Virus record (IMG/VR): IMGVR_UViG_3300009182_000002
Span: 33,730-97,729 of that record
Direction: 5' to 3' (one strand)
DNA length: 64,000 bases
DNA from: a virus
The notes under the pieces are model-generated. The model had not been told where the DNA came from, did no database searches, and was given only the letters and a program-made list of their open reading frames with translations. The translations under genes and the position numbers were made by a program. How positions within the stretch are numbered: the stretch's first letter is position 1; each line of letters starts with the position of its first letter. This document shows, piece after piece, positions 16,612 to 25,604 of the stretch.

Positions 16612-16964
16612 TGTTCTCCGGGATCGTTAGCGGCACTGGGGCGTCGGGTATAGCCGGGAAGATGAGCAAATTGATTCTTGCCAAAGTTGTCAGCGCCAGC
16701 ACTCTCCCAGCGCCCAGACTTCTCCAAAGCGCCCGCTAGGAAATCGTGAGCGGCATGCGTCCGCAACGTCTTTCCGTTGATGTCGGCATCTCGGCCTGCC
16801 ATGGATGCCACGGAGAGCATGTGCCCTTCTCCACGGAACTCAGGCTTCACGAAAACCGTGTGCATGTACCCCGTGGGGTCAACTCGGACAGAACCAAAGT
16901 CGTTGAAGTACATGGCACCGCCGTCGAACTGACGGCTGTGCGTGCGGTGGATGCGCTCGGCCAT
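16608..16964 (-). CDS. GNAT-like acetyltransferase
   Basis: VFVKPEFRGEGH matches acetyl-CoA motif A (V.P..RGxG). Confidence 0.6.
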   Translation of the reverse strand: MAERIHRTHSRQFDGGAMYFNDFGSVRVDPTGYMHTVFVKPEFRGEGHMLSVASMAGRDADINGKTLRTHAAHDFLAGALEKSGRWESAGADNFGKNQFAHLPGYTRRPSAANDPGEQ

Positions 16965-16966
16965 GA

Positions 16967-17179
16967 CTACCGACCGGGGTTGACCCGCTGAGTTGCCGGG
17001 TACTCGCTGTTGACGTAACCCCAGTTGTAGTCAGGGTGCAACGAGGCGCGGTTGGCGTAGACCTCGGAGTCGCCGCTGGCAGGCTGGACCTCAGTGTCCG
17101 GCCTGCGCTTGCGGTACTTACCGTCCGTGGAACCCTCATTGAGGGACTCGTTCTGGCTGCGGCTGATGTTAACGGTCAC
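16967..17179 (-). CDS. Small hypothetical protein
   Basis: GTGA overlap, SD GAGG. Confidence 0.65.
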   Translation of the reverse strand: MTVNISRSQNESLNEGSTDGKYRKRRPDTEVQPASGDSEVYANRASLHPDYNWGYVNSEYPATQRVNPGR

Positions 17180-17526
17180 TGCTTCTTCCTCTCCTGCTGC
17201 TTGACGTATTCGCGGGTACGGATCTGGTCCATGTCGCTCGACATCAAAGGGGTGTACTTGGTGCCCGGAAGACGACCCTCCTCATGCGGCATGGTGAACT
17301 CCATGCGATGCGGTAGGTACCCGTCACCGGCTGAAGAAAGCCCCGCAGCCAACTCATGGGCTGGGTCATGCTCCCCGTGCCAGTTTCCAGCCATGGAACC
17401 CGCGAATACGACCTTCTGGTGGCCTGTATCGGGATGCCGATAGGTCACGGCGGCTCCGGTGTAGGCGTCCCCGGGCATGATGGAGCCTCGGTTAGCGGAT
17501 CGATCCTCAGGCGGGTTACCAGCCAT
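17176..17526 (-). CDS. Hypothetical protein
   Basis: TAATG overlap. Confidence 0.65.
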   Translation of the reverse strand: MAGNPPEDRSANRGSIMPGDAYTGAAVTYRHPDTGHQKVVFAGSMAGNWHGEHDPAHELAAGLSSAGDGYLPHRMEFTMPHEEGRLPGTKYTPLMSSDMDQIRTREYVKQQERKKQ

Positions 17527-17786
17527 TATGAGTTGTCCTCTTTCGGTTTAGTCGGTTCTACAAAACGAACAGTGACCGCGCCACCATCTGGCGGCGTAGC
17601 CTTCAAGCGCGGCTGACGACGACCGCCCTTCTTGACGTTGGGGCCACGGTTCGCGGTGCGCTTCTGCATCCCCTTGGCGTTAGTACCAGAGATGTCGCCC
17701 TTGTTTCCGTCCTTCTGAGCGGCTTCCTTGCCGCCGGGATGAGCGCCGCCACGGCCACCCTTGTTCCCGTTAGGTGTTAGGTCCAT
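17526..17786 (-). CDS. Basic Gly/Lys-rich hypothetical protein
   Basis: Operon context. Confidence 0.6.
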   Translation of the reverse strand: MDLTPNGNKGGRGGAHPGGKEAAQKDGNKGDISGTNAKGMQKRTANRGPNVKKGGRRQPRLKATPPDGGAVTVRFVEPTKPKEDNS

Positions 17787-17789
17787 GGC

Positions 17790-18014
17790 CTACCTTCCGC
17801 TCATACGCGACTTGATGTGCTTGTGGTGCTTCTTCTTCCGACAGTTATGGCAATGCCGGTCGTTCGAGTAGATGGCTGCAACAGGGCTAAGCAACGTCCC
17901 GCACCCACCCGCGCAAGGCTCTGACCCGTTGTAAACCGTTGTTATGCTGTCTTGGGGCTGATTGGCACTATCACCAGCAGTGCCGGTGTCACTACCTGCG
18001 TCACTACCTTCCAT
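17790..18014 (-). CDS. Small Cys-containing hypothetical protein
   Basis: C...C...CHNC; TGATG overlap. Confidence 0.6.
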   Translation of the reverse strand: MEGSDAGSDTGTAGDSANQPQDSITTVYNGSEPCAGGCGTLLSPVAAIYSNDRHCHNCRKKKHHKHIKSRMSGR

Positions 18015-18352
18015 CACCAAGTCCCCGTTCCTTGCGAATTTCGTGAGGTACCGGAGTAGCCGCCGGGTCCACCCGAGTAGTTCTGAGACGGGAAAGACAC
18101 TGCGTCTATATCTGTAATGATGTCTGTAATGCTTAATTCTCGGGTCCTATACCCGAACCGAGGAGGGAACGGATTGACCTGCGGGAGAGGCGGTCGAACC
18201 ATCTCTTGCAACTCAGCACCCGGAACTAGGGCGGCCTCTAAAGCCAGCGTTGTTAGGCGCTCTTCGTTGCTAGCAAACGGGCGGTTCTGAGACCACGGCG
18301 GCAACTGATTCCACGGCTTGGTGTGGTCGTACCTACCATCGGGCTGGCTCAT
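18014..18352 (-). CDS. Pro-rich hypothetical protein
   Basis: ATGA overlap. Confidence 0.65.
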   Translation of the reverse strand: MSQPDGRYDHTKPWNQLPPWSQNRPFASNEERLTTLALEAALVPGAELQEMVRPPLPQVNPFPPRFGYRTRELSITDIITDIDAVSFPSQNYSGGPGGYSGTSRNSQGTGTW

Positions 18353-19641
18353 TTGCCTTTACCGCCCTTGGCTTTCTTTGGAGTGAAAAGCGCCAATTGA
18401 CCCGTAACCTCAGAAGGCTTCTCCTCTGGTGGCTGCGTCGGTCGCACATAGGCGTCATGCTCGTTAGTCTCACCCGCGTGCAAACGCTGTTGGCCCCACT
18501 GAGCGGCCTGAGTCCAGTGAACGTTCTTGAGTCCGTGCTCCTGCATAACGTTCCGACCAACATGGTCAAAGAAGGAGTGAACACCCGAAATGCTCATCAT
18601 CTTGTCCTTGTCTTCCTTGGACAGATGAGGAGCAAATCCCATGGCCGTATGAGTGTCTACAACCATGTGACCGTTGCTTGCGTTGGGGTCTAGCCACGCA
18701 TGCAGATATGGACCAGTCTTGGGGCCGAACGGGTCCTTGCCCTTACGAGTGCGGACTTCGCTTAGGTCTGATCCGTTCATCAACTGGCGTGAGACATGGA
18801 CTGTCTCCTTCATCTTTTCAACGCTTCTAGCGCTGGGATGAAAAGATCCCAAGTCGTCTTCAGTGATGGCATCAATGTCTCGGTCGCTCTTTGCGTAGTT
18901 CAACGCCCACTGAGCGGCTTCGTCGTTGTGATGCACCGTTCGGTTCTTGTTTCGCTCTTCAAAAGGCAACTGAGGACTGAGCATTGCGTGCGCTGCGGCG
19001 GCAACATGGAAGCCAACCCCAAACCGGCTCGCAGTGTCCATCACCTGCTGTCGCGGCTTCGGGCTGCCGTCCCTGTGGTACCCAGTATCAAAGTAGAAGG
19101 GGGCGGCGTAAGGCTGGTTGGTTCCAGTCTTCTCCGACATGTCCTTGCCCTTGGCAACAGCCTGAACCACCTGTGAAGAGAACGATTTGTGCGCCGAGTC
19201 GGAAGACACTCCGTACTTCTTCAATGCGCCTAGAACCCGCTGCTGTTGCTGCGGCGAGAAGTCTTCCCACTTCGCTCCGGGGCTACCAAGAGACTCGGCT
19301 GCTCCTCTGGTTTCGGCGATACGTCGGCGCGACTCGTGCTCGATAGAAGAGCCAAACGCATCCTTACCCTCAGGAGTTGCTAGGAACGACATCTGATCAC
19401 CATCGTGCTCAGACCGCATCGTCTTACCCGACAGGTAATCCTCGAAGTGAGTGGCAGCCTGATTCTCGGCAGCCCTAGCAACGCTCATATCAACGTCTGG
19501 GGTTTCAAAGCGACCAGTGTCGGCACCCTTGCCAGTTTCAAAGGCGTTTCTACGTCGAGTACCTGCTGAAGCCTGTTGAGGTGAGACGCCGGACTTGCGC
19601 TTTGTCGTATCGGAAGCCTGACGCTTGGTGTATCTGGGCAT
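18349..19641 (-). CDS. Protein with HhH/DNA-glycosylase-like fold motifs
   Basis: A.LSPQ...N, GPKT..Y, VVDTH, QAAQW pattern; long low-complexity N-terminus. Confidence 0.5.
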   Translation of the reverse strand: MPRYTKRQASDTTKRKSGVSPQQASAGTRRRNAFETGKGADTGRFETPDVDMSVARAAENQAATHFEDYLSGKTMRSEHDGDQMSFLATPEGKDAFGSSIEHESRRRIAETRGAAESLGSPGAKWEDFSPQQQQRVLGALKKYGVSSDSAHKSFSSQVVQAVAKGKDMSEKTGTNQPYAAPFYFDTGYHRDGSPKPRQQVMDTASRFGVGFHVAAAAHAMLSPQLPFEERNKNRTVHHNDEAAQWALNYAKSDRDIDAITEDDLGSFHPSARSVEKMKETVHVSRQLMNGSDLSEVRTRKGKDPFGPKTGPYLHAWLDPNASNGHMVVDTHTAMGFAPHLSKEDKDKMMSISGVHSFFDHVGRNVMQEHGLKNVHWTQAAQWGQQRLHAGETNEHDAYVRPTQPPEEKPSEVTGQLALFTPKKAKGGKGK

Positions 19642-19647
19642 GGGCTG

Positions 19648-20163
19648 TTAACTCCAAGCGGGACGAAGGTGAGAGAATTGGGCAGACCGCTTGGGGTCGA
19701 TTGCTATGGGGCTGTTGCTACGAAGATCGGCTTTGCCGTCGTTGACCAGATGAGGTGCCGGTGCAAGTTCCATCAGAGGTGCGGTCTTAACACCCTTGGA
19801 TTGGTTGATAAGCCCGCGCTGCGGGCTGAACATCGGACTCCAGAAATAATCCGACTTGTCGATGCGCTCGCCTTTGTGGACTCCCCGGTCATAACCGCGC
19901 TGGTTCTGGCGGTTCTTGAGAGAATCAAGGACGGTGTCGGAAACCGCGTAGGGCTTGCCCTTGTCGTCTCTGCGGCTACGTATGGGGCCTAGATAGCCAT
20001 CGGGGTACTCAGCCTCAGGGGTACGGCCCATGGCCATACGAGAGGCATCCAGCACAGAACGAGGCACTGGGGCCATACCGGCGGAACCGCCACCACCAAC
20101 AGCGGTATCAGTGCCGTACATGCCTCCAGCGCCCAGAGACATCATGTTCTGGGTGTTGGCCAC
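19648..20163 (-). CDS. Conserved phage hypothetical protein
   Basis: Open frame in the operon; AEYPDGYLG...RGVHKGERID motif. Confidence 0.7.
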   Translation of the reverse strand: MANTQNMMSLGAGGMYGTDTAVGGGGSAGMAPVPRSVLDASRMAMGRTPEAEYPDGYLGPIRSRRDDKGKPYAVSDTVLDSLKNRQNQRGYDRGVHKGERIDKSDYFWSPMFSPQRGLINQSKGVKTAPLMELAPAPHLVNDGKADLRSNSPIAIDPKRSAQFSHLRPAWS

Positions 20164-20210
20164 TTACCAATTGTCGGGGCCTCTAGGCACCCTGTACTGC
20201 TGTAGTGGTG

Positions 20211-20486
20211 CTAGTCGATGTCCGTGATGCAGGTATGCCAACCGTTGATCTCGCGGGTATGGCGCGGATAATCCGGATTGCGCTGCCACTCGTCCTTGTT
20301 GTCCCAGAACCCGATTCGCACCGGTACTCCACAGCCCTTGGGGCAGTACTCCGTCTCTGCCGACCACATCTCCTCAAGAGGGTCTGACTCGGAGTCGGGA
20401 CAGGGCCACGGCTTCTGGCACTTGAGGCACCACCACATGTTGTTGGGCAGTTCCAAGACCGCGCTCGGTCGGTGTCCGTTGTTCAC
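20211..20486 (-). CDS. Cys-rich hypothetical protein
   Basis: C..C...WPC; CPKGC; GTGA overlap. Confidence 0.6.
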   Translation of the reverse strand: MNNGHRPSAVLELPNNMWWCLKCQKPWPCPDSESDPLEEMWSAETEYCPKGCGVPVRIGFWDNKDEWQRNPDYPRHTREINGWHTCITDID

Positions 20487-20704
20487 GTCGTCTCTTTACG
20501 CCAGTACGTCTTCTCAAGCCACTGAACGTAGTCGTCCTCGTCACCCAAGGTGACGGACATAGCAGCAACCAAGCGCGGGTTGCTAAGAGTCGCCTCTCGA
20601 CGTCGCTCAAGGAACTCGCTCAAAATCAGGAACACGAGCAGAGCAACCGTCGTGCCGACGCACAGTGCCCCGACGATTGCCAAAGCCCAAAAGAGGATGT
20701 TCAT
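20483..20704 (-). CDS. Single-TM membrane protein
   Basis: MNILFWALAIVGALCVGTTVALLVFLIL. Confidence 0.65.
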   Translation of the reverse strand: MNILFWALAIVGALCVGTTVALLVFLILSEFLERRREATLSNPRLVAAMSVTLGDEDDYVQWLEKTYWRKETT

Positions 20705-20781
20705 CCTGAAAGCACCACCGATACGACGAAGAGGAAGAAGATGACCACGAAGACCCAGAGAAACCGTTCGATGGTGGTCAA
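20701..20781 (-). CDS. 26-aa hydrophobic microprotein MTTIERFLWVFVVIFFLFVVSVVLSG
   Basis: Translated by hand; 4-nt overlaps on both sides, GGAG upstream. Confidence 0.55.
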   Translation of the reverse strand: MTTIERFLWVFVVIFFLFVVSVVLSG

Positions 20782-21959
20782 AGTTGTACTCCCGTGAACT
20801 CATGGCCGTCGAAGACAGTCCAGCCGTCCATGATGTGAACCGGGATGATGTGGAACCTGCCATCGGGGTGGTACCAGACCACGCCCATGCCCTGCTGCCA
20901 GTTCTCCCAATGGATCGCTGGACGGCCATCAAGGTGCGTGGCGCTGTGGAAAGACGGCACGGCTCCGTCCACACGGCTAAGGCAGCCGGGGCTGAAGCCG
21001 ACAGAGCGGACGGGTCCGCTGCGGTCGTGGATGGTTCGGTACTGCATCTCAATCCTGTGAATATGGCCGAAGATCGTGGAGATGTTCGGGCTGTCTTTGA
21101 CGGTGAGATTCGCCGTAGAGCCGCCGCTGGTGATCTTGTGACCGTGGATCGCTCTGAGGCGGTCGTTAATCCAATACTCACCGGCTGGCCAAGCGTCGAT
21201 GTACTCAATGTCTAGTTCGTCAAGCCTTAACAGGTAAGGAACCGAGAGCACGGGCCAAGATTCCGGAGTGTCTGCTCGCTTGAGACCGAAAGAGGCCATG
21301 GCGTTTCGCTTGCTGTAGTCGCCCATCCTCTTGTCGTGGTTGCCCTCGACCAGAACATGCTTGGCATCAGGTGCCAGCGCCCGGGTCTCGGCTAGCAACT
21401 GATAGCCATATTCCAAGGACATCTGCGTGGTCCTTGCAAAGGAAGGTTCCTGAGCCCATCGAGACTGCTCCGGCAGATCGAGGTAGTCGCCGAGCCAGAT
21501 GACCTGATCGATTCCGTGCTTGCGCTGGAGGTAGTTAACAACGGCCAAAGCACAAGCAATGGCCTCGTTGTCATGGAACGGGTCAGTAGTTCCATCGTCG
21601 TAGTGATAGAAGCCAATCTGGGTGTCGGGAAGAATTACCGCCAGTTCCCACCCGTCCAACTTCTTGGGCTTCGAGGGGTTCGACTTGATTGTGACAGGAG
21701 CAGGCTGCTGGATCACGGGCCACTCAGGGCCGGATTCCCACCTCGGGGAGATGACGATGCGAGCGGCCTCCAAGTCAATGACCTGAGGGTCTCCGTTGTC
21801 GTCTTTCATCATGCCTTGGTACTGGGACAGCGTGATCCTGCTGACGCTGCCAAGGTCTCCGTGCTCTAGCCCGTTCTGCTCCATGACCTCAGCCACCTTC
21901 TTGATGATGGCTTGGCTGGGCTGAGACTTGGCTTCTTCGATTCGTTTTTTTAAGGACAT
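20778..21959 (-). CDS. Calcineurin-like metallophosphoesterase
   Basis: PDTQ, GDYLD, GNHD, HGH, GHIHR motifs. Confidence 0.9.
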   Translation of the reverse strand: MSLKKRIEEAKSQPSQAIIKKVAEVMEQNGLEHGDLGSVSRITLSQYQGMMKDDNGDPQVIDLEAARIVISPRWESGPEWPVIQQPAPVTIKSNPSKPKKLDGWELAVILPDTQIGFYHYDDGTTDPFHDNEAIACALAVVNYLQRKHGIDQVIWLGDYLDLPEQSRWAQEPSFARTTQMSLEYGYQLLAETRALAPDAKHVLVEGNHDKRMGDYSKRNAMASFGLKRADTPESWPVLSVPYLLRLDELDIEYIDAWPAGEYWINDRLRAIHGHKITSGGSTANLTVKDSPNISTIFGHIHRIEMQYRTIHDRSGPVRSVGFSPGCLSRVDGAVPSFHSATHLDGRPAIHWENWQQGMGVVWYHPDGRFHIIPVHIMDGWTVFDGHEFTGVQL

Positions 21960-22183
21960 GAACAGCCTCCTCCGCGATGACGAGTGATCTGCGTAGGACT
22001 CAGCAGAACGTCGTACTCGTCCTTCACGGCAACGCGGATGGAAGGAGCCGAGAGATCTAGATCAGCGAGAATGTCCGCGAACTCCTTGCGCTCCTCAGGA
22101 GAGAGGAGGTCTCTAATGAACAGTCCGACCGAGCACTTCTTGCGGTCGTTGACGTCATGCGCCTTGCTTACAACGTTTGCCAT
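21950..22183 (-). CDS. Small HTH/Zn-binding protein
   Basis: C...ITRHRGGGCSC. Confidence 0.65.
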   Translation of the reverse strand: MANVVSKAHDVNDRKKCSVGLFIRDLLSPEERKEFADILADLDLSAPSIRVAVKDEYDVLLSPTQITRHRGGGCSCP

Positions 22184-22302
22184 CTTCCCCACGGGCAGCA
22201 CTCCGGAAGATTCACTTGATCAGGGACTTTCCCCACAATCAGGCTACCGGGTGTAAGCACGCCGTGTCTACTCTTGACACACCTAGAGATGCCAGTTCGT
22301 TT

Positions 22303-22566
22303 CTACTCAAAATTGAGATACGAGCCAGCAGTGTTCTTGGAATAGGGGGCAGGGGCCTTGCCGCCGGGGACACGCCACGCGGTGGTACGACCGTACGTCG
22401 TAGAGTTCTTGGACTGAAAGCCGACTACGCCGGGAGTATCGAAGTCCGCGTGCTCGTGCGGCTTCATCGCATGGGCTTCCGGAACGTTGCCAACGCCGTA
22501 GGTGCTTGGTTGACCGTTGTTAGGCCCGCCAAACTGAACCGACGACAGGCTCTGCACCGCTGCCAT
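22303..22566 (-). CDS. Hypothetical protein
   Basis: Open frame in the operon. Confidence 0.6.
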   Translation of the reverse strand: MAAVQSLSSVQFGGPNNGQPSTYGVGNVPEAHAMKPHEHADFDTPGVVGFQSKNSTTYGRTTAWRVPGGKAPAPYSKNTAGSYLNFE

Positions 22567-22571
22567 GTCGA

Positions 22572-23018
22572 TCAGCCCATCGAAGACTGCGAGCCATCCC
22601 AGAAATTGGGGGACGACTTGCCTGCAACCGAACGGATGATTCGTCCGTTGGCCTGAGTGGCACCGGCCTCGGGGGAGGTCTGGGCGATGTAGTTCACGAC
22701 TACACCGTAGTGAGCGCCGTTTCGGTCATAGGAAGCATACTGGTGCGTTCCCGGCTGGCCCGGCATCAAATTCGGGTTATTGTCCTTTGACTGATGCTTA
22801 GGCATGAACGTCGTGTTCTTCGACGGCGCGCTCGAAGCGTCGTTGAACGTGTAGCCGTCGTTGCCCATGGGCTGTCGCGGGTTTCCGACCTTGGCCATAC
22901 CGGCCAGAGCCTCAGCGGGGTCAGGAATGTTGCTCTTAGCCACGACACCTCCAAGGTGCGAGGACGGAGAACCCGTGCGACGACGCTGGCTTGCTCCCTG
23001 CATGCGCCAATCAGACAC
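22572..23018 (-). CDS. Low-complexity hypothetical protein
   Basis: SD GAGAGG before GTG. Confidence 0.65.
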   Translation of the reverse strand: MSDWRMQGASQRRRTGSPSSHLGGVVAKSNIPDPAEALAGMAKVGNPRQPMGNDGYTFNDASSAPSKNTTFMPKHQSKDNNPNLMPGQPGTHQYASYDRNGAHYGVVVNYIAQTSPEAGATQANGRIIRSVAGKSSPNFWDGSQSSMG

Positions 23019-23076
23019 GAGAACCTCTCAAAAGGGTTGAAATTGCGGGACCACTGAGTACAACGGTACGGTCTTG

Positions 23077-23358
23077 TTAAAGAACCGTCACCGTAAAAAC
23101 AATGGCGCTGATGCTTCCATCACGGCTCTCAATGGTGGCAAACCCGGGTTTGAAGATCAGGTCCAATCCGCGAGGAGCGGTGTACCCGCGAGCGATGGCC
23201 ATGGCCTTGACGGCCTGATTGACTGCGCCAGCCCCAACGGCCCGAAGGGTTACCTTTCGGGTGTCGTAGATGGCGTGGGCGATTGCGCTGGCAACCGATT
23301 GAGGGTTGCTACTGGCGCTGACCCGGAGGAAGTTTTCCTCCTCGTGAGGCTTATCCAC
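23077..23358 (-). CDS. spoVS: SpoVS-family (Alba-like) protein
   Basis: LRVS..SNP.SVA.AIA...A.GAGAVNQAVKA.AIARG....G.DL...P.F signature. Confidence 0.88.
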   Translation of the reverse strand: MDKPHEEENFLRVSASSNPQSVASAIAHAIYDTRKVTLRAVGAGAVNQAVKAMAIARGYTAPRGLDLIFKPGFATIESRDGSISAIVFTVTVL

Positions 23359-23464
23359 TTGGTGATCCTTGGCAAGATGTGATGCTCCGTTTGCCCTCGC
23401 CAAGGTCAACGGTAGATGTGACACCCCCGGGTGTACTGCTAAATCGACTCGTAGTAGTTCTGCA

Positions 23465-23788
23465 TTAGGGCTGGCCACGGTACTTCAAGATTTGCTTTCG
23501 GCTCATTGCGCTAATCGTCGCCGAGACCGTGTCCACCGCCATGCTCACAGAGACACCGATGTCTTCAGGATGTCCCGGGTTCTTATCCCAATGAGAAGTC
23601 CATGGAAGTGACATGACTACTTCTGTAACTAGGTCCATGAACTGACCCGTGGTCAAGTACCACTCAGGGACCCGAGGAGGCGTGTAGTTCGCGCGAAGTT
23701 GATCAATTATTTCTTGGGTCAACGGTGAACCCGTTTCCTCCGTCTCGGTACTTGTCGTCTTGAAGTTTTCTGATGACTTCTTGCTCAT
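23465..23788 (-). CDS. Hypothetical protein (start may be the TTG at 23722)
   Basis: Open frame filling the gap downstream of ruvC. Confidence 0.55.
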   Translation of the reverse strand: MSKKSSENFKTTSTETEETGSPLTQEIIDQLRANYTPPRVPEWYLTTGQFMDLVTEVVMSLPWTSHWDKNPGHPEDIGVSVSMAVDTVSATISAMSRKQILKYRGQP

Positions 23789-24335
23789 ACGCTGTGTCTC
23801 CTAATCCGGCGGCAATACGGGCTAGCCCGTAACTGTCTGCCGCGTTGTCGTCTGTGAATTCGACCCCCCACTTCTTGTAGGTGTGGAGGAGGATCATGTT
23901 CTTCTGAATTCCGGTGCCCTTGCCCGTCACGTATTTCTTGAGCGAGGCCGGGGCGACTTGCAGTGGGTACTGTCCTGCGCTGTCTAGCAACTCGCACAAG
24001 CAAGCAAGCCGAACGACGCCCCACAACTCCCCGGAGATCAGCGCGCTGTGGCTCATACGCACTGGGGACTCTGCGGCTACGTCGAACACGACGTTGCCTT
24101 CACGTTGTAGGTCGCTGAACTCGTTCATGGTCCATACCCAGATGTTGCACAGACGGTCGATACCGCTACCCGGCGCGCGATACACGCGGGTACGGTGCTG
24201 GAGACCGTCGATGCTGAGCACGGTCATGGCGAATCCAGTGTATGACTGGTCGATTCCGATGGCTACGATTCCCGGGCTGTCGAGAGCCCCCCACTCTCGT
24301 ACCTCAGACCGCACAGCCATCGCAGAGATACTCAC
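23703..24335 (-). CDS. ruvC: RuvC-like Holliday junction resolvase
   Basis: IGIDQS, E, P..LKK..TG.G...K, DN.ADS motifs. Confidence 0.85.
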   Translation of the reverse strand: MSISAMAVRSEVREWGALDSPGIVAIGIDQSYTGFAMTVLSIDGLQHRTRVYRAPGSGIDRLCNIWVWTMNEFSDLQREGNVVFDVAAESPVRMSHSALISGELWGVVRLACLCELLDSAGQYPLQVAPASLKKYVTGKGTGIQKNMILLHTYKKWGVEFTDDNAADSYGLARIAAGLGDTAYEQEVIRKLQDDKYRDGGNGFTVDPRNN

Positions 24336-24441
24336 TGCCTCGCCACAGGACCCCTGCCTTCAGGGTCTTGCAAGAAGAGCACAGTCGGTACTCCTCTTCC
24401 TCTGTCTCACCGTTGTCGTAAACATCGAACTTGTCTGTCAT
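24304..24441 (-). CDS. 45-aa Zn-finger microprotein
   Basis: Translated by hand: MTDKFDV...CSSC...LCDGCAV; SD AAGGAG. Confidence 0.6.
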   Translation of the reverse strand: MTDKFDVYDNGETEEEEYRLCSSCKTLKAGVLWRGSEYLCDGCAV

Positions 24442-24442
24442 C

Positions 24443-24898
24443 TCAGTTCTCCTTCCGAGTGCGCTTGGCACGTTCTGCCTTGATCATCGGGATGGTCAAC
24501 CAATAACCAATCCCGTCTAGCGGATTGTCTTCGGTAGGTCGGTTGAGTTCGCGGGCGATCTTCACGCAGACCATGGCCATGGCAACCTGCTCTGGGGTCA
24601 CCGGAACTCCAAAGATGACGCTCCACATCGTGGCCTGCTTGGTGAAGTCGTCCAGTGGGTGACCGTAGTCGGTGTTTCTGTCGCCTGCGACTAGGTCAGC
24701 GGCCTTGTTAGCCACGATGTGCGCGATTTCTTTGGTGTCATCGGGGTAGATAATCCCACCGGTAGGAGTCACATCGAACAAAGTTCCCTGCACCCACTTC
24801 GGTTTCTCTTCGGCACGCTTCTTCTCGTATGCGTGCGGAGGGTCGTTGTAGTTGGTCCCTGTGAACGAGTAATTCTGCTGGGGGTTCAGGGGCTCCAT
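24443..24898 (-). CDS. DUF6378-like alpha-helical protein (possible nucleotide hydrolase)
   Basis: DR..DYG.P...F...A.MWS...QVA..M..VK.AR...D..GY. Confidence 0.7.
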   Translation of the reverse strand: MEPLNPQQNYSFTGTNYNDPPHAYEKKRAEEKPKWVQGTLFDVTPTGGIIYPDDTKEIAHIVANKAADLVAGDRNTDYGHPLDDFTKQATMWSVIFGVPVTPEQVAMAMVCVKIARELNRPTEDNPLDGIGYWLTIPMIKAERAKRTRKEN

Positions 24899-25383
24899 CG
24901 GCTGCTCCTCCTAGTGATGGGTGTCGATCCGGACGTGCGTCGAGTGAGTTCTCGGGAGATCAGCGCGGCGTCGCGCTCAACGTTCGTAGCAATGGCCTCT
25001 ACCAAAGTCCGGTAGGCGTGCTTCTCATCAAGTTCTTCCCGCGCTTTCTCAACTACGGGATCGGAAGCAACCTTCGCCTTGGTGATAGCAACCCGGTCGT
25101 CTCGCCCTCCCGACCAGTTGACCGCGACGGCCTTGGCCTCTGCCATGTCGAGAGTGCGCTGGGCCGACCTCTCGTCCACCCGCGCGAAAGCAACCTGCAC
25201 AGCGGTGTAGTCGTTCCACGACGTGTACGCGACGAAGAGGTTCATCAAGTCGTCATCACCCACGTCGGTGATATCCGGGGGGAGAGTCGGGATGTCCTCA
25301 TTCGGCTTGTTCGGGAGAGCGATGCCCTGAGTCGTCGTTCTGGCGACAGCGTCTCGGCTGGTCTGCCCCATGAAGTAGTTCAC
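24886..25383 (-). CDS. Coiled-coil protein, UvsY-like recombination mediator candidate
   Basis: Helical; ends SRELTRR; lies among recombination genes. Confidence 0.5.
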   Translation of the reverse strand: MNYFMGQTSRDAVARTTTQGIALPNKPNEDIPTLPPDITDVGDDDLMNLFVAYTSWNDYTAVQVAFARVDERSAQRTLDMAEAKAVAVNWSGGRDDRVAITKAKVASDPVVEKAREELDEKHAYRTLVEAIATNVERDAALISRELTRRTSGSTPITRRSSRWSP

Positions 25384-25604
25384 AGCGGATCACTTCCAAT
25401 GTGGGCACGATCCCCGTCGATAGATACGACTCCACGTCCTGCCACCACGATGTGTGGCTGAGCGCTTCTTTCACGGGTATACGTGGGTACATCAATGGAC
25501 AGACTTCGCACGTAGTGGCATTTGCCTTCGTAGTGAAGCGTCAGAACCGGGTGCCCGATGCGCTTGCTCTCAGGCTTGTTGTAATGAAACCAAAACGACT
25601 TCAC
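25380..25604 (-). CDS. Hypothetical protein
   Basis: GTGA overlaps on both sides. Confidence 0.65.
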   Translation of the reverse strand: MKSFWFHYNKPESKRIGHPVLTLHYEGKCHYVRSLSIDVPTYTRERSAQPHIVVAGRGVVSIDGDRAHIGSDPL

